Below are positions 35,307 to 46,420 of a stretch of 46,451 bases of DNA, piece after piece. The notes under the pieces were generated by a model that worked only from the letters and a program-made list of their open reading frames with translations, was not told the DNA's origin and searched no databases. Origin of the DNA: Chiloscyllium plagiosum (lineage: Eukaryota); contig NW_025215348.1 in assembly GCF_004010195.1 (NCBI RefSeq), positions 63,860 through 110,310 on the forward strand. Direction: 5' to 3'. How positions within the stretch are numbered: position 1 is the first letter of the stretch; the number at the start of each line of letters is the position of its first letter. A program made the position numbers and the translations under genes.

Positions 35307-35560
35307 TAGATTAGATTACTTATGTGGGCGGCACGGTGGCACAGTGGTTAGCACTGCTGCCTCGCAGCGCCAGAGACCCGGGTTCAATTCCCGCCTCAGG
35401 CGACTGACTGTGTGGAGTTTGCACGTCTAAATTGCCTGTAGTGTTAGGTAAGGGGTAAATGTAGGGGTATGGGTGGGTTGCGCTTCGGCGGGTCGGTGTG
35501 GACTGGTTGGGCCGAAGGGCCTGTTTCCACACTGTAAAGTAATCTAATCTAATCTAAAAA
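35307..35560 (+). mobile_element. HE1-type V-SINE with internal deletion and an inverted tail copy at its 5' end
   Basis: TAGATTAGATTACTT at left, AAGTAATCTAATCTA at right; TCTAGTT at 35300-35306 and 35561-35567. Confidence 0.85.
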
Positions 35561-36419
35561 TCTAGTTCTGACCACGTGATCCGGGCAGCACAAAAATGTT
35601 ATTACACAGTCATTATTTACAGAACATGTAAGGTTCAGAAACGAGTACTAATGTTGAAAATGATGTGTGCAACAGTGCTTGTCAGAGCCAAAACATTGGC
35701 ATCACCTCTGCTCACGGGACCCATTTCCCGAGGGGAAAAAACACAACCATTGTCTGGGTAGATCAGTACACAATAAGCAGATTGTGTTTCAAAGGGTGTC
35801 TAACTATGTTGTGCTGGAAATGGATGAGTTTTAACAACAGAAATCTTTCTGTTCAGCTGAGATTTAGCCCAGTGTCTGCTGATTGATGACATCCTTTTTC
35901 CAATAATTCTAATCAAAGTTTAGATAAAATCCGTCAAACCACACATGACGGTCCTGGAACTTTAAAATTTTTCAAGTATTGGTCTACAAAATGAGTTGTA
36001 AGGGCATACCCGAAACCAGGTTCATAACATTCACACAAAGGGAACATTCTTTGCATCTTTCCATTCATACGTTCTACAATCTCGGTTTAACACTGCTAAC
36101 TTGTTAAATTTAACCTTTTGCTTGTCACAAAACTACATGAAGCCATTGTCTGTTATTATAAGAGCTCTCTCAATTTGGTTTTTTGTCTGTTCCAGCTGAA
36201 ATGTTAATGTGTACTTTTGAAAAAAACAGATGGCCACCTGAAATTTGCCAGGAATTCAGTCAGACTCCTGCTGTAACTCCAATTCTTTACGTATTTTCTG
36301 TCCACTCCTTACAAGACAGATGACAAACCAGAGTAGGAGGCATCTTAAACAAGTCTACAGCAACTCACAGCAGGTGTCCGAATCCCTGCAAAATAAACAT
36401 TAGATTACACAGGGAGCTG

Positions 36420-36630
36420 ATCAGGTTTGGAAGTATATCACTGTTCCTTCACTGCCAGTGGGTACAAGTCTTGGAACTCTCTCCTTAACAACACCAAGGT
36501 AAACAGTGGGGTCCCTATATCTCGTTGACTGCACTTCAAGAAAGCAGTTTACCTTCGTCCAGATTAATTTGCCACAGACAACAAATTCTGCTCGCGCCAA
36601 AACATTCATGCCCCAGGAAGAAATAAACAA
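36420..36630 (+). mobile_element. Degraded 3' end of the L2/CR1-group LINE
   Basis: TTGGAAGTATATCACTGTTCCTTCACTG resembles the reverse complement of 45805-45840. Confidence 0.65.
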
Positions 36631-37179
36631 AACTATTGAATGGTGTCAATTTCTGTGTTAAATATCAACTCAATTCATCACAGATAGTGAAGTCTAGTTC
36701 CTTTCCACACTAAAATTCCCCTTTAACAATGTACTTGGTGTTAATTGCTGCCAATTAATTTATCAGGCATTGAAAATTAATGGTTACCAATGTACAGTTA
36801 TGTTGGTTCAAAATCTAATAGTTGTTGAGGACTTTAAAAATACTTTTCAACATTTCCTTTCAGCATGTTTTTCTTTCTGTCTTAAATAGACCTTTCTCAT
36901 TCTTTATTTCACTTTTTGTATTTAATTTGACATCTCTCTCAAATATTCTTAGCCCTTGCTGTGCTAGGAAGGAGACACACACTTGCTTGCCCCATCTATT
37001 CTGTTTCCCAGATAGCCACCTTCCCTCAGGTTGATCGCAAAACGTTTAAAGACTTAATTGTACAATGATAAGTCTTAACTCACAACAGAGGCAACCAGCA
37101 AGACCTAGCAACAATCATTTCTGTGAGACTGTATCCTTCATTATCAGCAAGGTGTGTAATATCAGTCTTGTGATTTAGA

Positions 37180-37313
37180 AGGTGAAAGTGAGGACAGCAG
37201 ATGCTGGAGATTAGAGTCAAGATTAGAGTGGTGCTGGAAAAGCACAGCAGGTCAGGCAGCATCCGAGAAGTAGGAAAATTGACGTTTCAGGCAGGGGCCC
37301 TTCATCAGGAATG
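37180..37313 (-). mobile_element. Penelope-like mini insertion (family A) with hammerhead motif at 37281-37308
   Basis: Minus strand CTGATGA-A-GGGC-CCCT-GCCT-GAAACGTC. Confidence 0.85.
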
Positions 37314-38464
37314 AAGTGAATGTGGTGATAGCGAGGCCACTGTCATGCTCACACTGAAATATGTGCCTATAGTAAGATCAGAAACCCCACCGGAGGAACT
37401 GTACTTGATGTCACCTGCTAGGAAAGTTAGAGTGTTTAGTTTGTCAATGAGTAATACATTTCCCACTAATGAGTGTTAAATTGTATTTGCTATAATGAAT
37501 GCCAGAGAGCCATGCGCACACAGTATTGTGGAGTGTGAGATCACTTTGCTGCAATCTTTCTCAGACAGGACCCTGTCATTTCGATTTCAGATTGGGATAA
37601 ACCCTGGAGAGAAACCGGGGAGCGGGGGTGGGGGGGGAATCTTTGCAACTGTACTGTACTGTTGAATCAAATGCCCAGTCTCAATCCCATTTTGCAAAGA
37701 GGGTGCAGAGTTTAATCCCTGGATCAACAATGGACAGGGTTTGTCTTAACCCTTTGATTAAATGAGCACCTTGTAACTACACTTGATAACACACGTCTAC
37801 ACAATTTGTAACGGCAGTAAAATCCAGTGAAGTCAGCTCCAGCAATTGAAATCGAACGAAAATAAAATGTGCATTGTAATACGGAGCCTGAAAGCAATCT
37901 GTTCTGTAATTTGAAATGGTCCAGCTGTATTTCAAATTCATTTCACTTAAGATTGAAAGCAGCTGCAAATTATTATACATTAGCATCTGAGCTTTCAGGT
38001 TTGAATGCGGCCCTGGGCTTTGCAAAAAAAAAGTGGGTTATTGACGAGAATCTCACTGATCTTGTTTTATTTCGAAAGGGTCCCGTTTCATTGTGAATTA
38101 TTAGGTACAAGAATTCAGTTCTCTGACATGAGTTTCTCCTGATGCAGTTCTGTTTGGTCTCCAACATCCATTCAAAACAAACACAATGTGTCTGATGACA
38201 AGCCATGACAGGCACTCTACCCTCGAGGTGAGACTTGAACCCTGGCTTTACTGGCTTGGAGGTAGGTATACAACCCCTCGACCACAAGAGCTCATTTATA
38301 CCTGCAACGCTCTCACTTTGTTTCACCCTCCTCCAGCTACTGCCCTGCCTCACCCTGCACTCGATGGCAACCAGGACACCTCAACATCACCGTCAACCAA
38401 TTACAGGCCGACTGATTTCTGCTGACAGTGGATGTTTTTATAGAAATGATTTGCTGGGTCCCAC

Positions 38465-39345
38465 AGTCACAGAGTCATACAGCACGGAAACAGACCCTTC
38501 GGTCCAACCAGTCCATGCCGACCAGATATCCCAAACTAAACTCGTCCCACCTGCCTGCTTGTCCCATATCCCTCCAAACCTTTCTTGTTCATACATTTAT
38601 CCAAATGTCTTTTAAATGCTGTAACTGGAGCCGCATTCACCACTTCCTCCGAAAGTTCATTCCACACACGAATGACTCTCTGTGTCAAAAAGTTGCCCCT
38701 AATGTCTTTTTAAAATCTTTTCCCCTCTCACCTTAAAACAATGCACCCGAGGCTTAAACTCCCCCACCCTAGGGAAAAAGATAGTTGCCATTCACCTTAC
38801 CTATACCCCTCATTTTTTAAAAACCTCTACACGGTTACCCCTCAGCCTCATATGCCTCAGTGAAAAAAGTTCCAGCCTCTCCTTATAACTCAAACCCTCC
38901 ACTCCCGGCAAGATAATCTTTGCTGAACCCTCTCCAGCTAAACAATATAACTTCCTACAACTGGGCGGCCAGAACTGCACACAGTGCTCCAGAACAGGCC
39001 TCACCAATGTCCTGCCCAACCTCAACTTGACATCCCAACTCCCATACTCAATGGTCTGACCAATGAAGGCAAGTGTGCTAAATGCCTTCTTAACTAAGTG
39101 TCTATAAGTGATGCAAACTCCAAAGGATTATGTACCTGAACCCTAGGTCTCTCTGTTCTACAATACTACCCAAGGCCCAAGTGGACCCAACACTGATGCC
39201 TGTGGAACGCTACTGGACACAGATTTCCAGGCTGAAAAACAATCCTCCACCATCCCTCTCCATCTCCTGCTGTCAAGCCAATTTTGTAACCAATTGGCAA
39301 GCTCCCCCTGAATCCCATGTGATCTAACTTTACCATGTGGAACCT
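38465..39345 (-). mobile_element. CR1 LINE 3' fragments
   Basis: ORF 38810-39025 (LVRPVLEHCVQFWPP) plus CR1 3' UTR and tail at 38465. Confidence 0.85.
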
Positions 39346-39379
39346 CATTTTGAGATACTGGGAGTTGTCAGTATCTGGT

Positions 39380-39665
39380 TAGATTCTCTCGTGTGGAAAC
39401 AGGCCCTTCGGCCCACCCAGTCCACACCGACCCTCCGAAGAGTAACCCACCCAGACCCATTTCCCTCTGATCAATGCACTTAACACCATGGGGCAATTTA
39501 GCATGACCGATTCACCTGACCTACACATCTTTGGACTGTGGGAGGAAACCGGAGCACGGGGAGAATGTGCAAACTCCACACAGGCAGTCACCCGAGGCTG
39601 GAATCGAACCTGGGACCCTGGTGTTGTGAGGCAGCAGTGCTAACCACTGAGCCACCGTGCTGCCC
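39380..39665 (-). mobile_element. HE1-type V-SINE
   Basis: tRNA-like head, V-domain and tail. Confidence 0.9.
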
Positions 39666-39884
39666 ATCTGAAGCACTTGTCCTCACCTTATGGATACTTC
39701 CCTGACCACTCCCTCCCAGACAGGGTGAAGTGGTTTGCAGTCCCCTTGGAAGACACCTTGACAGAGAGAAAACTCAAAAAAACTCAAGAGATTCCATCCG
39801 GCTCACTAATGCCCTTTAGGGAAAGAAATCTGCAGTTTGTACCTGGTCTGGCCTACACGTGACTCTAGACCCACAGCAATGTGG

Positions 39885-40148
39885 AGGACAGTGGCTCAGT
39901 GGTTCGATTCCAGTCTCAGGTGACTGTCTGTGTGGAGTTTGCACATTCTCCCCGTGTCTGCGTGGGTTTCCTCCCACAGTCCAAAGATGTGCAGGTCAGG
40001 TGGATTGACCATGTTAAGTTGCTCATAGTGTTTGGTTAGGTGCATTAGTCAGGGGTAAATGTAGAATAATATGGTCTGGGTGGGTTACCCTTCGGAGGGT
40101 CAGTGTGGACTTGTTGGGTTGAATGGCCTGTTTCCACACTGCAGGGAT
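39885..40148 (+). mobile_element. HE1-type V-SINE with deletions
   Basis: GTGGCTCAGTGGTTCGATTCC fused A/B boxes, V-domain and tail. Confidence 0.85.
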
Positions 40149-40409
40149 TCCAGAATTTAAAAATAAATTATTCAAACCTTCAATATATTCAATGATGGAA
40201 AATCCACAATCATCTGGGACAGAGAGTTCCATAGATTCACAACCTTTTGATTGAAGATACTTTGATTTCATTTCGGAATAAATGGAGAAGTGATACCGAG
40301 CAGGAAATGCCGCTGGAAGACGACAGAGAGAAGAACTTGCAACAGGAAGAGGTATTCATTCAGGGAGGTCAGATCCTCAAACCTCAGTAAGGAATGCCAC
40401 GTCAGACAT

Positions 40410-40510
40410 TAAAACAGAAAGGGTCAGAGAAACTCTGCAGGTCTGTCAGCATCTCTGGAGAGAGAAACAGAGTTAACATTTCGAGTCCAGTATGACTTGT
40501 CTTCAGAACA
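40410..40510 (-). mobile_element. Penelope-like mini insertion (family D) with hammerhead-like motif
   Basis: Minus strand GTT-CTGAAGA-C-AAGTC-ATACTG-GACTC-GAAATGTT-AAC. Confidence 0.65.
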
Positions 40511-40519
40511 CTGTCCGGC

Positions 40520-41006
40520 ATCCCCTTACTACAGGTCCCTTCACTGTAAGCTGTCTCTGCTGTCGCCACGACTGTACCTCACCACACAGCAAGGTTGGCA
40601 TCACCATTGACTGCGAAGGTGACTGTGGCCGTGATCTTTAATGTCTCCTTCTCCAGTGAGGCTGAAAGCATTTCCTCCTCTGTCATCACCGAATCGAGTG
40701 AGAACACAGCTTTACAACTTGTGCGGGATCCCCAGTGGTACAGGATGCCATGGCTGCACATACATTGGCACCTGACGCCAGCAATAATCTAACTGAAAAT
40801 AATTCTACCATCGTTACGCACAGCCGGTGTTGTAAACATGATCAGTGTGCCTTGCAGAGCAATAGCCAATATCTCTGTAGAATCCCCGATGCTTTTGTTC
40901 TCTGGTAGCTCACCTTGTCATTTCCACTCAGACCAGTGTAGCAAACCAAACTGTGCCCACTGGTGATACGGACTGATCCCTGCTGATATGGAGCATGAGT
41001 CCTCTT
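40520..41006 (+). pseudogene. Fossil PIF/Harbinger DDE transposase, N-terminal and central part
   Basis: Collinear degenerate motifs: ARLASPLTAKVTVAV (cf. ALPVAVKVTVAL), FTTCAGSPVVQDAM/CTYI (cf. AGFPxVQGAIDCTH), DAFVL (cf. HDAFIL, 40888-40902), GDTD*SLLIWSMSPL (cf. GDKGYPLxTWLMTPL, 40962-41006). Confidence 0.7.
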
Positions 41007-41179
41007 GAAGGACATTACAGTGATGACATCAAGACAGTGTTTCCCTTAATGCAAGGACTTTGTGCATGTGAAAACTGCCTCAGAATAAAGGATCGGCAGT
41101 CAAGATGTCAGGAAATCTCCTCATTCGAAGGTTCCGGTTATTTGGAATTCCCTGCTACGGAGGGCTGTTCAATCGTACA

Positions 41180-41482
41180 ATCCCTACAATAGGCCATTCA
41201 GCCCATCGAGCCCACACCGACCCTACGACCCCCTACCCTACCTCTGTAACCCTGCATTTCCTATTGCTAACCCACCTACCTTACACATCCCTGGCCACTA
41301 TGGACAATTTAGCATGGTCAATCCACCCTAACCTGCACATCTTGTGGGACGAAACCAGAGCACCCAGAGGAAACCCATGTAGATATGGGTGGGGGGGGGG
41401 GATGTGCAGACTCCAAGGGTGGAATGGAAGCCGGATCCCTGACACTATGAGGCAGCAGGGCTGACCCCTGAGCTACCATACC
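41180..41482 (-). mobile_element. Older HE1-type V-SINE
   Basis: Degenerate match to the other HE1 copies. Confidence 0.75.
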
Positions 41483-41741
41483 TCCTCAGGTGGTAGCTGA
41501 GATCAACAGAATGTTCGGGGCTAAGGGACTCAACGGTATCATTTGCACAGATCTCAGAGAGGTACCATACCTTTAACATCGTCGGATGATGTCATGATCT
41601 GGGACGTTGTAGGGTAAGAGGCCATCATTGTAATCTCTGTCATTCCGACAGCAGTTAGCAATTCATTTTTTAATAAGCAGACAGCTAGTCAGTCAGTCAA
41701 CTATCGACGCAATATAATGGTAACTTAAGGAACCATATAGA

Positions 41742-42041
41742 TCATGGAATCCCTACAATGTGGAAACAGGCCATTAGGCCCAACAAGTCCACACTGACCG
41801 TCTGAAGAGTATCCCACCCAGATCCATTACTGAATATTTCTCCCTGACTAATGCCCCTAACCTACACATCCCTGAACACTGTGGGCAGTTTAGCACGGCC
41901 AATTCACCTGCACATCTTTGGAGTGTGGGAGGAAACCGGAGCACCCAGAGGAAACCCACGCAGACACGGGGAGAATGTGCAAACTCCACACAGATAGTCA
42001 TCTGAGGCTGGAATCGAACCTGGGACCCTGGTGCTGTGAGG
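41742..42041 (-). mobile_element. HE1-type V-SINE
   Basis: V-domain and B box; its 3' flank is duplicated at 43107. Confidence 0.9.
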
Positions 42042-42529
42042 CTCACATAATTCAGACTGGATCTGTTAATCTGAGATGGCTGTACATAGCTAGTCGTTAA
42101 TGAACTTTCAGATATCTGACCCATTATGAACCTGGCAGTAAGTAGTCCCATCAGGCAGGCAACTGGGACTGAATGGTAATATTTGGCATTATTGGTTGGT
42201 GGAGAACAGCTTAAGTGTGCCACCACTCACTGACACATTTTCCAGATGATCAAATCATGACCTTGTCTCAGTACACATGTTACTGCGAGTGCTGATCCCA
42301 AGCTGCTGTTACACAGTCGCCCGCAATTCCAACTAAGAGTTCTTTCCATTACGCTTCAAAATGCTCCTGATTTAAAGTGCCACAAACCATTTCTTCTGGA
42401 ATGCTTTTCGAACAAATTCAAATGGTCTCGAGAAGCTTGGAGTGTAGAGGTTTCAAACAACCTGAAAGGACTGACATGATGTGGACAGTCTGTACTCAAA
42501 ACAAACATCATGCAAACATGCAATAAATA

Positions 42530-42745
42530 TCAAACTTCACTTGTCATTGTTCATATAAAGTGCTCTGCACAACTGGAACAGGCAAAGAGGGGAAGTGATG
42601 GACTCTGAGCTGAGAGAGCAGTAGCATTCCCCCAAGGAGGAAGGTGAAGACACTCACCAGGAGGATCATTACCTTCAGTGTGACAAAACCATGCAGCACC
42701 GATTACACCAAGCCAGAGAAGACTCCACTGAGGCCGTGTTCCAAT
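42530..42745 (+). pseudogene. Fossil PIF/Harbinger transposase C-terminus
   Basis: SLVIV../ALHNWNRQRGEVMDSELREQ*HSPKEEGED..QAREDSTEAVFQ resembles the CALHN, acidic tract, ARxxLIxxxF end of Harbinger transposases. Confidence 0.6.
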
Positions 42746-42911
42746 CCGTGGGAGAAGTGATCAGTCATTGATTGTAAATTTGTGGTTGCCTGAAAGCCCC
42801 TGGAGGAGATGAATGCTCTGGGCCAGTCCCTCTGTACCAGCAAGACCTCCAGCTCCCATCCACAAAGAGGGGCGTAAAATCCATCTCTGTCAGCCATCTC
42901 CTTCACAACGC

Positions 42912-43875
42912 TTCAGGTACAGGGCCTTGGTGAGGCCACAGCTGGACCATTGTGTGCAGTTATGACCTCCTTATCTCAGGAAAGCAGTCCTTACAGTCAG
43001 TTCTTCTATAACCCAATGGCTGCATTTTTGTGCAACTCTTCATTATAAAAAAAATCGCACTTTGGAAACAGCGCTTAAAGTGTTGGCAATGTAATCACCT
43101 TGGAGCCAGTCAGTCAACTATCAATGCAATATAATGGTAACTTAAGGAACCATATAGATCATAGAATCCCTACAATGTGGAAACAGGCCATTAGGCCCAA
43201 CAAGTCCACACTGACCGTCTGAAGAGTATCCCACCCAGATCCATTTCAGAATATTCCCCCTTGACTAATGCCCCTAACCTACATATCCCTGAACACTATG
43301 GACAATTTAGCATGGCCAATTCACCTAACCTGCACATCTTTGGACTGTTGGAGGAAACCGGAACACGTTTTGAAAGTTCATGCTTTAGAAACAGCACCCC
43401 CAATTTGTCAATCGCGCTGTGGCGAGTTCACGTTAATGAAACTTGTGTTATAGCTGAATGAACTGCACTATAGAGGGACTGAATACTGGGATGGTAAGAC
43501 TGGCATACAAAGAGAAACCTATCAAATTCTAACAGGAGCAGGCAGGGTAATGACAGGAAGGATGTCCCTGATGACGAGGGAGTCCAAAACCAGGGGTCAC
43601 ACTTTCAGGATACGAACCATTTGGGACTGAGAGGAAGAGAAGTTTATTCACTCAAGGATTGGTGGGCCTTTGTAATTCTCTGCTTCGGGAAGTCGTTGAG
43701 GCCAAAACATTGAATGCTTTCAAGAAGGAATTAGATACATTGCTTAGTGCTGAAGGGAATCAAAGGGTCAGGGGAGAAATTGGCTACAAGGGACTGAGTT
43801 GGATGATCAGCCATGATCATATTGAATGGTAGGACAGGCTCAGAGAATGGCCTACTCCTAAACCTATTTTCCATG
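42912..43875 (+). mobile_element. CR1 3' fragment interrupted by a MITE
   Basis: YRALVRPQLDHCVQ at 42918 resumes after 43466 through to the 3' UTR. Confidence 0.75.
42994..43465. mobile_element. Tigger/pogo-like MITE containing a duplicated SINE segment (43107-43366)
   Basis: Degenerate 19-bp TIRs CAGTCAGTTCTTCTATAAC and GTTATAGCTGAATGAACTG; TA on the left flank, CA on the right. Confidence 0.55.
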
Positions 43876-43941
43876 TGTGAATGCATTTAGAGAGTCCTAC
43901 ATATTCCTGAAGATTTGGAAAGCATACAATAACGGGATTTC

Positions 43942-44154
43942 TGAAATAAGGCTGGTATCCCAACACTATGTCATCCTTTATTCACAAGTGGAGAGTCCTG
44001 GACACTGATCCAACTCCCTCAGAGCCAGCTCTCAGAGTGAGCAGAACCCCTGACGTTATCTGTCAGCCAGGGCTCCCTGATTGGACCAGGTTTACAGCCC
44101 CAATCAGGCACTCATATTCTATGAGGTCTACCTGGCTGACCTACAGTCACTTCA
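43942..44154 (-). mobile_element. Solo LTR, same family as 4189-4410
   Basis: Shares CTCCCTCAGAGCCA..TGTCAGCCAGGGCTCCCTGATTGGA..CATATTCTATGAGGTC; TG..CA ends; AATAAA on the minus strand at 43977-43982. Confidence 0.7.
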
Positions 44155-45109
44155 GTTAATCCAAGCCATGCAAGCCCAGGTCTCTGCTGAAAGATGCTAA
44201 GAATGGCGGAAATTGTCCGTCTTAATAAAACCTATGAACGGAAAACAAAAAGGGATGGTCTGGGATTGCACTAAGGCAAGTGTGGAGTTCAGCAGTTAAA
44301 ATAGATCAGATTTACTGTGGATTCCTCAGTCACTCGCGGTAAAATGTTAACACAAACAGGAAGGGTTTCGACAGTGTAATTGTTGTGCTATCACAGATAT
44401 GAACACTGTGTTGTTCCAGTCGCATGGTGTAATTTTCATAATGGACTGGATGCATCAAAATCGCTCCGTTGTATTCTGAAATTATAGTCTGCACTCAACA
44501 ACAAAGCGGAAGAGATGAAAGTGAATCATTATTTTTCTGGCACTGGCGAACTTAGTACGGCAGTTGCTAGGCGCTGACTGGCAAAGGCAGAAAAGGCACT
44601 TACTCAGTGAAAGAAAAGCACTTTGATCATCTTCTATTGCCAGTGACAACAAAAGCAAACAGAAGAGATGAAGCAATACTTCAGAGTTTTTCAGATCATG
44701 AAAGCTTAATAATATAATCATACTCTGTCCATATCCTGCTATCTGACCTTTGGGATATTCAGTTCTCAATTTACATAAATTATTTACAATATTTATCTTA
44801 ACCTCTGCCAAAGTTTAGATCTAATCTAAGATTTTTTTTTAAAACATTACAATAAAGCTTGTTTACCTGTCTACACATGGCTGTGTGATGGTATCTCACT
44901 TTCCGATTATCGTTAAGGGCATTAATATTTTATCTAACGGAAGAGACTGTGAGAGATTCTCAGTAACAGAGTCGATAAATGCTGTTTGTCTGGAACAGAT
45001 CAGGGTATTAGCTTATTCCGGACAGTAAGGTGACCTTATACACCACCACCAGCAGACTCTTGTACCTCAAAGACTTTAGTATTATTTTTCAGGAGAGAAG
45101 CCGAAGACT

Positions 45110-45330
45110 TTTTCCACCAGTTTCCCCTCCTGACTCCCATCATGGCTGATATTGGCTCTCAGTTCCTGTCACTCCTTCCTTCAGGCTGCCATCTTCCCTT
45201 TTCTCTCCAAGCAGGGATATCCTTGACTCCTTGACTCCCACCTCATCTCTGATCTTCATTCCCTTTCCGATAGCCTTAATCACCGTGTTACCATCCAAAT
45301 TTGTTCCCATCTTTCCCAGGATTCCATGAT
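45110..45330 (+). mobile_element. Old L2 LINE ORF2 fragment
   Basis: PLLTPIMADI...VTIQICSHLSQDSM resembles the L2 PFLAPMLADIVN...VASQIRAHLSQNSM region; a similar pyrimidine-rich remnant is at about 17500-17880. Confidence 0.55.
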
Positions 45331-45331
45331 T

Positions 45332-46192
45332 CACTTGTGGGATGTGGGTGTCGCTGTCTGGCCAGTATTAATTGCCTGTCCCTAGTTTTTTTTAATATAG
45401 ATTAGATTAGATTCCCTACAGTGTGGAAACAGGCCCTTCGGCCCCACAAGTCCACACTGACCCTCCGAAGATTAACCCACCCAGACCCATTTCCCCTCTG
45501 ACTAATGCACCTAACACTATGGGCAATTTAGCGTGGCCAATGTCACCTGGCCTGCACATCTTTGGACTGTGGGAGGAAACTGGTGCATCCAGAGAAATCC
45601 CACCAGGGGAGAACGTGCAAACTCCACACAATCGAACCTGAGCCCCTGGCATTGTGAGGCAGCAGTGCTAACCACTGGGCCACTGTGCTGGCCCCCTTGC
45701 CCTTGAGAAGGTGGTGGTGAGCTCTGTTCTTGAACCGCTGAAGTCCACCTGCTGTGGGTTGACCCACAATGCCCTTAGGGAGGGAATTTCAGGATTCTGA
45801 CTCAGCGACACTGAAGGAACGGTGATATATCTCCAAGTCAGGATGGTGAGTGGTTTGGAGGGGAAACTTGCAGGGGATAGTGCCCCCATGTCTCTGCTGC
45901 CCTTGTCCTTCAAGATGGAGGTGGTTGTGGGTTTGGAAAATAAACAGTCTTGGTGTAGATAGTACACACTTCTGCTAGTGAGCGTCGGTGGTGGACGGAG
46001 TGGATATTTGTGGATGCAATGCCAATCAAGCAGACTGCTTTGTCCTGGATGATATTGTTGGAGCTGCACTCATCCAGGCAAGTGGGGAGCAAGACTTGTG
46101 CCGGATAGATGGCGGATAGGCTTCGAGAAGTCAGGTGATGAGTTACTCGCTGCAGGACTCCCTGCCTTTAACCTGCTCTTGTAGCCACTGTG
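45332..46192 (-). mobile_element. L2/CR1-group LINE 3' fragment with an HE1 SINE (45398-45692, minus) inserted in its tail
   Basis: ORF 45910-46092 (IQDKAVCLIG..IHSVHHRR); tail GGATGTGGGTGTCGCTG..CCCTAGTT resumes as GCCCTTGAGAAGGTGGTGG after the SINE. Confidence 0.8.
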
Positions 46193-46197
46193 ACTAA

Positions 46198-46420
46198 GAT
46201 AAAATGCTGCAGATGCTGGAAATCTGCAACCAACACAGAGAAACTCAGCAGGTTCGGCAGCATGTGTGGAGAGAGGAACAGAGATAACGTTTCTTCTTCA
46301 GAAGAGAACAGGAATTCTGAGGAAGAGTAATACCGAAGTCAAAGCGTTAACTCCGATTTGCTCGCCACAGATGCTGCCTGGCCTGCTGAGTTTCTCCAGC
46401 AACCCCTGCATTTGTTATTG
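46198..46420. mobile_element. Palindromic Penelope-like 3'-end insertion (family D), degraded
   Basis: GAGAAACTCAGCAGG..CAGCAT..GTGG mirrored by CCACAGATGCTG..CCTGCTGAGTTTCTC; residual cores at about 46285-46301 (minus) and 46317-46350 (plus). Confidence 0.7.

Noticed and set aside
44482..44811. 109-aa minus-strand ORF and a partial RFX X-box (GTTGCTAGGC at 44563)
   Set aside because: No recognisable domain or splice context; the motif is only a half match.
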